A stretch of DNA of 64,000 nucleotides from Fimicolochytrium jonesii (Eukaryota): assembly GCF_025526975.1 (NCBI RefSeq), contig NW_026515668.1, positions 1,488,001-1,552,000 of the forward strand. Direction: 5' to 3'. Of the stretch, positions 11,579-25,854 are shown piece after piece (within the stretch, counting starts at the first letter, position 1; each line of letters begins with the position of its first letter). A model generated the notes under the pieces. That model did not search any database, was not told where the DNA came from, and worked only from the letters and a program-made list of their open reading frames with translations. The position numbers and the translations under genes are program-made.

Positions 11579-13406
11579 TTTGTTGAACGGATTTACGCTT
11601 CGTTTCGGTTGGGCTGTGGCTGTCGCCTCTGTCGTCTTATGCTATGGGTTCCAGCTTTCCGACGACGGTCACTTATGGTCGTGATGCCGAGCTTCCACTT
11701 TTCACACTTTGCTGGTGATCCCGCTTCCTACAGCAATTTTGGCAGACGGATGACAGAGACCCTCTTGCACATAAAAGCACAGACCGCAAGAAAGGATGTT
11801 GCTCGCCGGCGTCGCCGCTCTAACGAGAGACTTTGCGGGTGCACAACTCGTCCGTCACCAGGTGGGTGGAAATAAGGTGCCAAAAGGAAGGGTTAGTAGT
11901 AACATTTGTGAGTGAGCCCACACGCGCTCCGCCCGCACAGCGATGAGTCGCGGAGGAGTCGCGTCTCCTGATGCCAGCCAAGCCATGCCAAGCTTTCTTC
12001 CAAGAATCCAAGCCAAAGCAACCATGCAGGGGCCGGCGGCGGCCGCAGGGCAGAGGTTCGCCAGAGAGCTCCTCACTCTCACAGACTCCGATACGAGCTC
12101 CCAGGCAAGCCCTGAGGTCTCGCTCGCTTCACAGCGGCTTGCCTGTGCCTATGGAAAGCAAAGAATCTTGGCCGTTTTAGGCAAATTGACGGCATTGACA
12201 GCACGCCGCTGTCGGATTCTGCGATTTGAAATTCAACCGGGAACTCGGCTCAAGTACAGGAGTAAACCCGCCAGCAGGAAGACGCATCGCATCCGCAAAG
12301 TACAGTATATATGGCAGCTCGACGGCGAGAGGATATCTCAGACTAACTATGGCCAAGATGGGGTAAGGGTGCAGTGTGCCAAGATGGATCTGGAGGCTCG
12401 CTTCCCTTGGCCAGTCGCGAAAAGAGGATGAGGCTGATGAGGGAATCCGAGTCGATCGGAACGCGGGAGGGGAAGTAAGCAGCCGAGCCTTCTCTCTCCG
12501 CTCTCGGATTTCGGAGGCGCCAACCTTGAACCAGGCGCCAACTCCATTACGCCGCGGCAGGCAAATGAATCCATGTCCAGGTCCACACCTCGCTCCGAAT
12601 GAAACTGGCCAAAACTGCACAAAACGTCGACAAAACCGTGGGGTTGATGGCAGACTCACATACTCCGCTCTGGCATCGACTTCCACTTGGTTTGCTTCTG
12701 AGGTGTTTGCTCTTCCCCAGTGATAGTCTGGTAAAACTGCGGTGCGTTCCGAACCAACTCCCAAGCTCCGTATCGAGGGTGCCTACAGTACGCGTGGAGG
12801 TGGACTAGCAGTCCGCAGACAAACCGACGAACGAAAGCTCCATTTCAAAGAGCAACGACCTTTCCACAGAGAATCACGTCCCTTGGTTCCTTCAGCAGAA
12901 GCAGCAGGGGTCAACGGGTTACAGAAGGCCCCGGTCCAACGTTGTGGAGCCAACTTTCATTGGGAGGACTCCTTTGTCTGCGTCTAGGTGAGCAACGCCC
13001 ATTCTGTAGACGTGTGGAGTTGTTGAGAGCGCAGCGGAGCCTAGTGGGGCTCGTGGGCACCAGGTTCCCTGTTGAGTGAGTGTGGGCTGCCACGGTTGGC
13101 AACAATGGGAAGGCAGAGACTCTGGCTGAGACTCGTCGTCCAGAGCCCATTTTGACGTGGGAAAAGCCATTAACGCAATCACTTTACTTCAGTGCGCTAC
13201 ATTGCAATAACGCCACTCACTTCCGGTGGAGCTGATACTCTGGGGACGCCGACCTCCACATACTCACTCACGTTCGAATAGGACATCGACTTGAGGGGTC
13301 AATTCGATAAGAAAATCCGGAAGCGGGCTCAGTACAAGACCGAGGGTCTTTCGGCGCTTCGGGAGAAACGGAAGCCGGTTGATGAGAGATCTCAGCTAAC
13401 CGTTCA

Positions 13407-16400
13407 ATGGGGAAGCGAAAAAATTGGTTCGGTGGGCGGTCTCGACTCTCGTTGAACGAGGCATCATCCCCAGCAATCCTACCCGACCCAACCGCGGCCA
13501 CACCACAAGGGATCGCAGCTGCTTCCGACATCAATGCCAAACGACGCATCTACATCAACACACCTGTGCAGCCACCATACCTCGATACCAACACAAACAC
13601 GCCGGTGGTGCAATATCCCTCAAACAAAGTCCGCACATCCAAGTATGAGCCGCTCACATTTCTGCCGAAGAACTTGTTTGAGCAGTTCCGTTCGGTGGCG
13701 AATTTCTACTTCACGTCGCTGGTGATCTTGCAGTTCTTCAAGCCCTTTCTTCTGGTATCGCCTGTGCTGACAGCGGCGCCGGTCGTTATAATCATCTCTG
13801 CCACGGCGCTGAAAGATGCCGTCGAAGACTACAAACGACATAGAGCTGATGCCAGCGTCAACAAAGCTCAGGTATATCTGCTGGAGCCGTGGGAAAATGT
13901 GAATGCAGTGGAATATAGCGGATGGAAAGTATCTGCGCGTCGAGTCATCAAGATTTTCAAAAAGACGTGTATGCAAATCCTACGGCTCTGCTTCAATACG
14001 GTGATAGGACTTGTCACTAGAAAGCGGAAGGAGGTATCGAAAGGACCTGCTAGGCCGGCGGAACTAAAGGGTGAAGATTACATTGACGTGGACGGGTCGT
14101 CGGACGCTAGAGGGACATCACCGGAGGGTGACGGCAGTTCGCCGTCCGCGGTTTTATCAGCCGAAGCCGATGGGGAGAAGGAGCCGGTTTGGAAGCTGAG
14201 GAAATGGGAGGACGTTCGTGTAGGGGACTTCGTTTTCCTGAGGAACAACGATCCAATTCCTGCCGATATCATCATCATTTCGACTTCCGAGCCGGATTCG
14301 GTGTGCTATATCGAGACGAAAAATCTCGACGGAGAGACGAATCTGAAGGTTCGACGTGGGGTTCCCGCTTTGGAGTGGGTGAAGGCCCCGGCAGATTGCA
14401 CGAGGGTGAAGGCATATCTGGATTCTGAGCCACCAAACAGTAACCTGTACGCCTACAGCGGAGTTCTGAACGTCATCGACACTGAAGCGGAGAACAAAGA
14501 TGCTTCAGACGGGGCGCGCGGAACATCGATAAAATCACATGCTCCCGGCGAGATGATACCCTTATCACCCACGTCAATCCTCCTACGAGGATGCGTCCTC
14601 CGAAACACACAGTATCTCATCGGAATCGCCGTTTACACCGGATCAGACACCAAGATTGTCCTCAACTCCGGCAAAACCCCCTCGAAACGGTCGCGCATTG
14701 ATAGACAGGTCAATCCCCAGGTGCTTGTGAATTTCATGCTCCTAAGCGCCATGTGCCTGGTGTGTTCCGTAGTGGCGGCCATTTACAGTGCGACTTTCGG
14801 ATTGGAAGGCGCTGTGTTTGCTGGGGTCAATTTCGATGGCTTTCTAACGGACTTTTCGGATTATGAGACGTGAGTTCTGGATATTTGCATCTGCGTTCGG
14901 ATTAGTTTGGTCTTACATATTGCATCCACTTTCTAGGCCTGGTTATACGGCGTTTGTGACATTCTTCACTTGCATGTTAATTTTCCAGGCGATCATTCCG
15001 ATCGCGTTGGTCATCAGTGTGGAAGTCGCGAAACTGTTCCAGGTGAGTTCTATTCCGTATGATAGCGAAGATTTTTTTCCTGGCTTCATTTCCTTACATT
15101 TTGTTTCATAAAGAGTTTCATGATCCACCTGGATGAGGAAATGTACGACGCGGACACAGATCGACATGCCGAGCCCCAAGCGTGGAACCTGTGTGACGAC
15201 CTCGGACAAATCGAATACATCTTCAGCGACAAAACGGGGACTTTGACCTGCAACATGATGGAATTCCGCAAATGCACAATTAACGGGGTTGCATACGGCG
15301 GCAGTTTCGTCTCCGAAGCGATGGTCGGTGCTGCCGAGCGGGAGGGCACGGCTGTTGACGAAGCGGAGAACACGGCGCAGCGGGAGGAGATTGAGCGCGA
15401 CATGAGGAAAGGGTTGAAAGAGTTAGGCGGCGACAAGTACATGGCGTCGAAGCTCAGCTTTGTAGACAGCGAGATCGTCAAGCATTTGGAGGAGAGCAGT
15501 GTCCAGGCACGGCGGATTCGTGAGTTCTTCACGCTTCTTGCCGTGTGCCACACTGTTTTGGTCGAGAAGCCAGATCCGGAATCAAATTTCCTCGATTACA
15601 AAGCTCAGTCGCCTGACGAAGCTGCACTGGTTGCTGCTGCGAGAGACGTGGGCTTTGCCTTTTTGAAGCGAGAGGACAACCGGGTGTCTGTGGACCTGAT
15701 GGGCCAATCCAGGGTGTACACCATCCTGAACGTGCTAGAGTTCAACAGCGACCGGAAACGGATGAGTGTCATCATTCGACGACCTGAGGGGGAAATCATC
15801 CTGCTGTGCAAGGGAGCCGACAGTGTCATTTACGATCGGCTGAGCAAAGACAACGACCAGGACCTGCTCGATTCGACGTCTACGCACTTGGAGAACTTCG
15901 CGAATGAGGGTTTGCGGACACTTTGTTTATCCTTCCGCACGATAACCGATGAGCACTACAAGCGGTGGTCAGAGCGCTACAAGGCTGCCCAAAACCTCCT
16001 CGAAAACCGTGACCGCGAAACAGACTTGGTGGCGGAGACCATCGAGCGCGACCTCACCTTGATGGGCGCCACGGCCATCGAAGACAAGCTCCAAGAAGGC
16101 GTACCAGAAACCATCGCGACGTTAGCCAAAGCGGACATCAAAATCTGGGTGCTGACCGGCGACAAGATGGAAACCGCCATCAACATCGGATTCGCCTGCA
16201 ATCTCCTGCGCAGGGATATGATCCTCATCGTCGTCCGAAGTAATTCGCTGGACTCGACGTTTCGCCAGCTGACGGAGGCGCTGGAACGCTTCTGGACGAG
16301 CGATGGGAAACCGACGAGTGGTGAGAGTCCGGAGGGCAGTTACGATGGGAGCACTCCTCTTGGCGGGACGCCGACGTATGCGTTCGTTATTGATGGCGAA

Positions 16401-19061
16401 AGTTTGAAATTTGCATTGGAGCCTAGATGCAAAGCGTTGCTTTTGGAGCTGGGATGTCGGTGTTCGGCGGTTGTGTGCTGTCGTGTTAGTCCCTTGCAGA
16501 AAGCTATGGTCGTGCAGTTGGTTCGAAAGGGACTGGTGAGTGGATGTTACAGATGGTGTCTTTGTTTTCATGTTTCGATTTTTCTGATGTCTTCCGCGAC
16601 CATTTTCAGGGAGCCATGTGCCTTGCCATAGGCGACGGAGCGAACGACGTGTCCATGATTCAGGAAGCCGATATCGGAATCGGAATCGCTGGGAAGGAAG
16701 GTCTCCAGGCCGTCATGGCGGCTGATTACGCCATTGCTCAGTTCCAATTCCTCGGCCGCCTTCTGCTGGTACACGGGCGGTGGGCATACATGCGCACGGC
16801 GGAGATGGTACTGAACTACTTTTACAAGAACGTCGTGTTCTTGTTTGTCCTGTTTTGGTTTCAGTTTGACAATGGGTAAGCGTTTCCTGGACTGCGAAAT
16901 GTGCGCTATTATGACAGAAGCTGATTTTCCATCCTCAGGTTTTCCGCATCGACCGTCACCGATTACACATACGCTATGTTCTTCAACACTCTTTTCTCGC
17001 TTCTCCCTACGATCGCCCTCGGCACATTGGATCAGGACGTCAACGATCGCATTTCTATGATGGTCCCACAACTCTACGTCAAGGGAATTCGTCAGGAACT
17101 CTACACAATGGAGCGGTTTTGGATGTACATATTGGACGCCATCTACCAATCCGTCGTCATTTACTACTGCTGCTTCTTCATCTTCCGTGACGCAATACCG
17201 TACGGGTCCGGATTTGACGGAACAAAGGACGACATGGGCACCGTGCTGGCGATGTGCATCATCATCACCGTCAACCTCTATGCGGGCATGTCGACATACA
17301 ACTGGACTCTCCTCACCCACGCGGCGATGTGGTTGACGTTTGTGATATGGCTGGGATACTTGATGGTGTTTGTAAACACGCCGACTAATCCGCAGTATGG
17401 ACAACTGAAAGTGTTGTTCCTGAGCGCCAATTTCTGGTTGGCGATTGTCGTCAGCGTCGTTGCCGCCCTGCTGCCTCGGTTCGTCTACAAGTTCGTGTCT
17501 GCCTGGTTCTGGCCTTCGGATACGGACCTTGTCCGCGAGATGCAGTCCCAGTGGAAGGAAGGCGATGCTCTCAAGCTAGACGGAAGCACACCGAAGGAGC
17601 GGTCACAGGCCAACTTGCGCGGCGGAGCGATCAGCGAAGTCGACATCAAGGTCAACCCGCCAAGCGACACTGAGCTGAACGGGCCCACCGACATCCAACT
17701 ATCTCCGCCCACTCGTAACCTGAAAAAGACGTTCTCCGATAATTTACTGAGTCGAAGGGCGAGCAGCAGCAAGAGCGTGCTTTCAGACTCGGAGCGTAGG
17801 CGGGTGCATTCCGCCAGGCCCGACAGCAGCGCTGAAATGGTCGTTCCGCCGCCGTTGCCTTCTGGTCCCGAAGGCAGCGGGTCTGCCAACGGCGGACTTG
17901 AGCGGCCTCCAATGGCTGAACCAAAGCAATCGTGTGATGGGTTCGGGGACGGTCCGACGCGTCGCAAGCCTAACCTCCACCTTCAGACCGGGACAACGCC
18001 GCGGATATCGGAAGCTACGGGCAATGGAGGGGCTGATGCGACCGCAGAAGGACCTCGTATGCGTCGTGGATCCGCATTCAGAGCGCGTTCGATTTCAACG
18101 GCAGTCAAGGAGGTCGGAAAGAAAATGGGCCACATGGTCTCGCGGATGCGTGGCCGTCATGGGCGTCTCGGCGAACATGCGCGGAATGGGAGTCTGGTGA
18201 TTTACATGGGGAATGAGGGCCCGGATGCTATGAGCCCGAACAGAGGATTTGCGTTTTCGCATGACGAGGGGATGTGTTCTGTTATCACTCCTACCAGGTA
18301 TGCTTCATGTTACTCGTCCTGGCATGTCCGTGCAGTGACTTACCGCTTGACTCCCTCCTGACAGACCCCCGGCCCCTCCAAGAACGGACTCACAAAGTGG
18401 CTATAATATGTTCCCTTTCCCGATACCCAACAGCAGCCCACTGATCCCCAACCCTCAACCACGCAACATCACCCCAAATCCCGTTCAACGTCTCGTCGGA
18501 TCTCTCCGACCTTCCTCGACGACGAGCCTAAATCCGCTCAACTTCGCGACAGGCAGCCGACGGAGCAGTAGCCACCAGAGTATGCCCGCTCATGGCGGTG
18601 AGGCTATGGAAATGGAGAGCAGAGGTCACAGCTCAGGCACATCCCTAGTGAATGTCGGCATCGCGGGTGTTGTAGTCGGGGCGATTGGGGCCGCGGTCGG
18701 AGGTGCTGTTCGAATCACCGAACCCAGCGCGACACCATTCAGCGCTCAACCCCACGCCAGACAGCCTCCCCCCCAGGAGCAGACAAGCGATGACGGCAGG
18801 AATACCAGTTCACGCTCGCTAGGACACCGTGGCGGGTCATTATCACCGCCATCAATCCTGCCCACCGGCTTGTCACCAAACGCGCGACGAACGGGCAACA
18901 GCCAGCTCTCATTAAATCCGGGAATTCCGGAAGACACCATACCTGAACACGGAGTGTGGAACGCAGAACAGCACTCTGATACACCTGCTCCCGCCACCAA
19001 CCTCGTACCCATCGAAGGAGAGTTGCAACCCGACAGTCCGTGGCACCGGCCGCCGATGTGA
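13407..19061 (+). CDS. P4-type ATPase phospholipid flippase (Dnf1/Dnf2-like), multi-exon
   Basis: Motifs [56 protein letters not shown] and GFAFS, followed by a long disordered C-terminal tail. The 3' end is approximate. Confidence 0.93.
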
Positions 19062-19864
19062 CACTGACCGCCGTCGTGCATAAGCTAAATCGTGATTTCC
19101 CTTCGAAGAGTTCCTCTATGCGTATGCCACGCCCTTCCCCCTTTTGGAACCTCAAAACCTGTATTTCATCACCTGTTGTCTTCTCTACCGCCGAACCCGT
19201 TCTTTCGCGAGTATTTATCCCTCTATTTGTACCTAGCTTCTGTCTTCGCGTATTATCAGCCAGTTCTTTGGCTTGATGCCATTTTCTTCTCGGCAAAGGT
19301 TTTGGTGGTTTTCTTTTTTGCTCGTGATTGGGAGATGGAGGTTCCATGTCCAGACCGTCCGTAATTTTGCATGTCTTTGTACCGACCTTCTTAGGAAACA
19401 TCGACAGGGCAGTCCAAGCACAGCAACTGGCATTTCTTCTCCTTTCGCTTCCTTGCTATATAGGCGACAAACCTTGGTTCCTCCGCATTGTGACAAGCAA
19501 ACGGTGCATGTCCGACCGAAGAACTGGTGAGACTCTTCCCATGAGGTCTACCTTGCCCTTGGGCATGGATTGGACGTAAATCCCGAGGTACCTCTCTGGC
19601 ATTTGGGTCACCCAGGGGAGCAATGTCAAAATGCTGTCACCGCGTCATACACGAAATTACGTCCGGTAACACGCCTAATCATCCAAATGAACTTCTCGAG
19701 GTAGCGCATCGCATTCTTTCCTGAAAACGACCAAAAGAAGTACGTGCTATACCGACATTAACACACTTTCCATATCTAGCACACATATATTCTGAGAGCC
19801 TGCTAAGCCAGCTGTCTCAATTCTCCCCTCCGCCGCTCCCGAGTTATTCTTCGTCGCGATCGCT

Positions 19865-22775
19865 ATGGCCATTGGACAAGTCAGTGCCAGCGACGCTCTG
19901 ACGGCCTTGCTGGTCGTTGGCATTGCTGTTGGTAGGTTATTTGAGCTGGCCTGATTGCACTAGCTGATTCTTAATGCAACCGACGCTTATTCCATCCTAA
20001 TCACCTTTAGTGATCATGTTCCAAAAAGCACTTGACGTTTACCCCGACTTCCCGGTCTCCAAATTCTGGGACCAGGTAAGGGACCATGCCTGTTATCATG
20101 TTTTGAGGCCCTGTGCTAATGACCCGCTCATTAATCCCCCATCTAGACCGAGCGCACCAATACCCGCAAAGAAGGCGAAAGCGTCGTCTTCCGAAGCCGC
20201 GTTGCGACTTCAGGCTTCCTCGACAACGCGAGCACCGGCTACGAGATGTTCTGGAAAGCCGTTGAAAAGCACAAATCGAAAAACTACATTGCTCGCAACG
20301 TCAATGGCGCGTGGGCGTGGCTCACCTTCGAGGAGTTTGGCGCTCGCGTTAAATATGTGGGGTCTGGGTTGCTGGTATTGACGGGTGTTGAGCCGACCGG
20401 CGGCGTGGAGACGAGGGATGATTTGAGTGTGGATGGATCGCGCCTTGTCGGGTTGTACTTGCCTAATTCGATTGAGTGGGTGCTGACGGATTTGGCGTGC
20501 TGCAGTTATGGGCTCGTCACGGTCCCGCTGTACGACACGTTTGATACGGATTCGTTGAGGCATATCGTTAAGAGCACCGGGATGTCGATTATCATCACGG
20601 CCCAGAATCATTTGGAGAACCTGTTTGAAGTGGTCGGGGAAGGCACGGCTCTGAAGACCATTGTCGTCTCGGATCTGGCCACGATTCCGTCGGAACTCAA
20701 ACAACGCGCGGAAGCTTTGCATATCCGGTTGTCCACTTTCAAGGAAATGGAGGCTACTGGAAGCGCTGACGTGAAGGACACGGTGGCCCCAAAGTCCGAC
20801 GATCTATTCACGATCTGCTTCACATCCGGTACCACATCGCTCCCGAAAGGCGTCATGATAACCCACGGAAACCTAGCGAAGAACGGAGCCGGCGTCATCA
20901 GCTCATTCCCGCAGGGCTACAAGATCACCGAAGCGGACCGCCACCTCTCTTACCTTCCGCTCAGCCACATGTTTGAGCGCACCGTTTTTCATACTCTAAC
21001 TCATCTGGGCGTGGAAATCGGATTTTACTCCGGCAACATTGCCAAGTTATTCGACGACATCAGTTCGTTCAAACCATCGTTATTCCCGACCGTCCCGCGT
21101 CTCCTTGTCCGTTTGCACGACAAAATCTTGGAAGCCATCGAGACCTCCACCCCAATCAAGCGAGCGCTATTCAAAATGGCGTACGCTTCGAAGAAACGCA
21201 TGTTGGCTCGTGGGTGCGTCACCCGCACATCTATCTGGGACTCGCTGGTCTTCGGCCGCATCCAGAAACGGGTCGGAGGACGCATCCGGATGATGCTCAC
21301 CGGCGCCGCGCCTATTGACCCCGTAGTCCTCGAATTCTTTCGAATTGTGTTCGGTTGTCAAGTGCTGGAAGGATACGGGCAGACTGAAACCTGTGGTGCA
21401 GGTTTCACGACTGCTGTCGGAGACTATTCCCGGCCGTTTGGGCATCATATTGGAGGCCCGATTGCGGGTGCAGAGGTCAAGTTAGTGGATGTGAAGGATA
21501 TGGAGTATCTTGCGACGGATAAACCGTATCCTAGAGGCGAGGTGGGTTGCGACTTCTGCACGGGATGGGATGGCGCCGCATTCTCGAGGATGCGCGGACC
21601 AAGTGCTGGTGTTTCTGACCCACTAAGGATGATCCTACTCTTTCCAGGTCTGTGTGAGAGGCCCTCACGTCATGAAGGGTTACTTCCGGGATGTTGCCGC
21701 CACGAAGGTGAGCTCTCCGGTCTTCACTATGATGCGATGGCAATACTCCGCCGGATCTCCACCCGTCTTCAATTTCTCGCCCGCTAATTGAAGATCTCCT
21801 TCCAGGCAGCCATCGACAAAGACGGCTTCTTACATAGTGGAGATATTGGAGAGCTTTTACCGAATGGTACTCTGAGGATCGTTGACCGCATCAAGAACAT
21901 TTTTAAGCTGTCCCAAGGAGTGCGTTTTCGTGCTTGCTTCGTGGGTCGATGTTTATGGCACCGCTGGCTGACATCATTACACTTACGTAGGAATACGTCG
22001 TGCCTGACAGGGTGGAGAGCAAGATCAAGCCTAGGTATGTTGACGTCTGTTTGCATGACAGGATAAGGATGTATACATGGTGCTCTGTCGCTCATCTGCC
22101 TTCTGATTGCAGTTATATACAACAAGTAAGGGTCCACCTCCCCCTTTACGGCCGTCTGTCGGATGCCAATACCAACCGCGGACGAGACTCATTTTTCATG
22201 TATCTCAACCAGGTTTTCGTCTACGGCGATCCACTCCGATCATCCGTCGTCGCGATCCTCGTGCCCGATACTGAGGGCCTCTTTGGCGAATGGTGCGTAC
22301 GCACACAATTCATAGTGGATTCATGCAATACCTATCCTAACAACGTCGCGGATATCTTAGGCTCCGCCAACAAGCCTGGGATGGCACTTTTCGAGATGCA
22401 TGCAAGTCCGAAGGGGTACAGCGCGCTGTGCTAAAAGAAGTGACACGGCTAGGGAAGCTGGTAGGTGTACCTTTCATTTGTCGACGTTGGCTTCCCCACG
22501 CTCACATGGGATGTTTCAATCTGCGTAGAATGGATTACATGCATTTGAGATCCCGAAGGCGATCAGACTCATGCCGGAGCCAATGACTACAGAGAATGGA
22601 CTTTTGACGCCGACATTCAAGATAAAGCGGTATGCATTGAACGAGCTCGCACGGATGTCATTGGAGGTCCTAAACTTCGACGCGTCATGACTGACAAACG
22701 GACGGCAACAGACATCTAGCAAAGAATCGCTATAAGCCCCTTCTCGACACTATGTACGATTCCCTGCACAATTGA
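19865..22775 (+). CDS. Long-chain fatty-acid-CoA ligase, multi-exon
   Basis: Motifs [47 protein letters not shown] and [11 protein letters not shown]-terminal hydrophobic anchor. Confidence 0.9.
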
Positions 22776-23192
22776 AATTTGTTGTGGAGAGTCCAGCGTT
22801 TGAGGGGAAGTGGTACCACAAATGACAGCGAAAGGAGAGAGTTTTACAGTGATAGTATTTTCCCCACGTAGTTTTGAGGAAGATGGTGGAAGTTCCATAG
22901 TAGTGCATGGCGTATTTCAGCGTTTAGAATCGATTCCAATGCATGTTGTAACGTGGTGGGGAAGGGAAACCTGTATCCGGTGGTAGCCCGCAGATGTTTC
23001 AACATGATACTTGGCCAAAAACTTCGGGGAAACATAGAACGCAACATAGAGCGTCGTTCTTTCCAAATTTCGAGAATTGCCGTGGTAGGTGGCGCAGGCG
23101 GCGAAACTCCAACCTGGCAAGTTCCCCACTGCAGCAGCATCGACGCATTCCCACGCCAGCTTCACAAACCGCCCACAAACAGCCTCAGCACA

Positions 23193-23444
23193 ATGGTCCG
23201 AGCAAAGTGGAAGGGTCCCTTCTTCGTGCCCATGCCTAAAGTCGCCGGCAACGAGCCCATAAAAACACAAGCACGATCCAGCACCATCCTCGCCTCGCAC
23301 ATCAACAAAAAGTTCCTGGTGCACAATGGGAACTCCTACCTGCCAGTATTCGTGACGGAGCAGATGGTGGGGCGGAAGCTGGGGGAGTTTGCGTTTACGA
23401 GGAAGCCATTTTCGTTCAGGAAGAAGGATGATAAGAAGCGATAG
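23193..23444 (+). CDS. RSM19: Mitochondrial ribosomal protein S19 (uS19m)
   Basis: MVRAKWKGPFF...ARSSTIL...VHNGNSY...MVGRKLGEFAFTRK. Confidence 0.92.
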   Translation: MVRAKWKGPFFVPMPKVAGNEPIKTQARSSTILASHINKKFLVHNGNSYLPVFVTEQMVGRKLGEFAFTRKPFSFRKKDDKKR

Positions 23445-24188
23445 GAGGGGAAGTGTGGGACTTTCGAAAGGAGGAATTCAGGTACTTTGATGCGTTTACT
23501 TTTCCGAATGGCATATCCGTCGTGTATCTGATCCCTAATATACTACTTCAGGCGACAATCACTTGCACACCTCTGTAACTCTCGAAGCGAAGCTCCGCGG
23601 TACCGAGCACGAGTTCTCTCCTTGACTCGGTAGTACCACGACGCCATCATGATACAGTAGTACCCCGGGACAACGTCGTGGAATCATGGAATCTCGCAGT
23701 TCTTCGGAAAGCAATAGAGAAAGCGGACTCGAAGGGTAGCGGTGACATCTGCATCAGAACTCCAAACTAGCTTGTTCAATTCAATTCCTTTTCTGGAGAT
23801 CTTGCGAGGTGTTGGTGGTAGGATTCCGATCTTGATCTTCGGAGGAGCCATGGATGGGCACCAGCGACGTATGGGCGGAAACTCGGAGATCGAAGAGCTC
23901 ACGCCGAGTGAATGATGATACTTTCACTTCAGAAGACAAAGGGCAGCAAAGGAGCTTTCGTTGAGCAGAGGCAGCCGTTGAGAGAAACACCTTCCCATGA
24001 CTCCGGAGGGCCAAAGAGCGTACAGGTTGGGGCGAATGACATCAGACCACTCATTGTTGTGAATCCCCGAGTCTCCGAGCTCCCTGTGCCACAGTTTGAA
24101 AAGTCCACGTGCATATGCACACACGTACAGCACTACGGGATATTCCTCCCTTCCCCCAGCACATCACCTTCCATCGAAAAGCCAGCCT

Positions 24189-25728
24189 TCAGCAAACTCC
24201 GCCTACAATGCTAATAATACCAGACGTAGCACCGGTGCCGGCAGCTGCAATACCCAACATGGCAGGGGCGAGAGAAGCACCTGCTGTGAATGGAGCTGCC
24301 AAAATGCCGGCAGCGGCGATAAAGCCGCCCAAAATTCCCAGAGCTCCGGACGCGATGTTGCCCGGTTTGACTTGGCAGGCGGCGGCGTTAGGAGTCGGGG
24401 GAGGGGGGGCAGCGGCGAACCCGGTCTGGAAAAAGTCAATCTTGGAGTAGGATTGGTGGTCGAGGCCAACGTATGTGACGACGCTGGCAGATTGCGGGAA
24501 GTTTGCATCTGCCTGGGGAACGAGAAGAAGAGGGACAAGAAACGTTGGTTGTATCCCCTTTCGTACTCCAAAGCGTCGCGTCATGCAGGTGAAAGTGTAA
24601 GCTCTCTTTTCAGGGGAAGGATATGAGATACTCACGTCGAAGGCGGTCCCCTCCGCGACGTCAACGGTTTCGAAGTAGTTTGCCGCTGGATTCCCGTTAT
24701 AGTGGAAATCTGGAAGGCCTGGAAAGCCTGATTCATCGAATTTGGTTGCTGCATCCACGGTCCAGAAAAGGTTGGGGCCGTTGTTTTGCACCTGAGCCGT
24801 GAATGAATACGTGTTGCCCTGTTTATCCTTGAAGCTTTGCTCGTACGGGGCGATTTGTCCTATTTGCTGGTTAGCAGCTTCAAGTCTGTTCCTCAAACCA
24901 CGCACCAGCGAAGTGTAGGGCCCTTCTGATCGTTGTATGGTTACTTGATTACTGCTATACACTGCAGCAGTGACAATATGTGGAACGTTGGAGCAGGTGT
25001 AGAGACGCCAACATTCCCAGCTATGAATGAGCGACAAAATTTTAGCAGCGGCTCCATTCGGTTTCAAGCGTTGCTTTGGCAACGTTTCCATGTGGTACAA
25101 ACCCGTTGAAAAAATCGACACGGTTGTCCGGGGGAGTAACATAGCAGGGAAGGTTGATGTTCTCCTGTTGAGTATTTCTCAGAGAACCGACCATGAATCC
25201 CGCCGACCGTGAATGAGCGAGCTTTTCGAGGGTGAGTTGATAACGAGCGTTGGTCGATGCGTCCGTGACGTAAACATTGGCATTGCCTTCCCAGAAGGAG
25301 TTCCCAGTGGGGTCGGCGTAGAACTTGGCGCTGGGGTCCCTGAAATCTTGAGAGGAGGGGGCGTTGTAGGTCCAAAACTGATGAGGGAAGAGAGGTCACG
25401 ACAACTTGACTTTCATGCCGGAACGATGTGTGACGGATGTGTATCATACCTCATTTGTTTTTTCGCCAGTGTTGGAATTTTTACCTGCAAAAACATAAGG
25501 TTAACGGAAGCGACCGAGGTTTCCGCTCAGGCGCCGCCATAGCCCCCAAGAAATAGCGGACATCAAAAATACAGACGCAGTGTCAATCACGCGCTCACAG
25601 TTAACGACAGCCCACTTTGTATTCTGGAAACTACTCAGTCCCACGTTGATGTATTCCGTATCTTCAGCAGAAACGCAGGAAATCACGAGGGAGACAGCGA
25701 CGAGACCGATGAACTTCCTTGAAATGAT
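24189..25728 (-). CDS. Putative secreted protein with a C-terminal Gly/Ala-rich hydrophobic hairpin (start codon uncertain)
   Basis: Signal-peptide-like IISRKFIGLVAVSLVISCVSA. Frame-preserving GT-AG introns at 25598-25485, 25449-25378, 25102-25021 and probably 24635-24513. C-terminus GILGGFIAAAGILAAPFTAGASLAPAMLGIAAAG. Confidence 0.6.
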
Positions 25729-25854
25729 GTCCTCGAGCTTTGTGGGTAGATAGAGGAAAACCGCAGCAGAGTAGGTCAGCCCGCAATTGTGACCAGCGCT
25801 CTCTTTCCGTTGGGCTTGGGGCTTTTGAGTGAGGGGAAAGGTCTGAAAACCCCG

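Noticed and set aside
10380..22775. ERG3, flippase and acyl-CoA ligase as a lipid gene cluster
   Set aside because: These are common housekeeping genes from different pathways, and there is no evidence of co-regulation.
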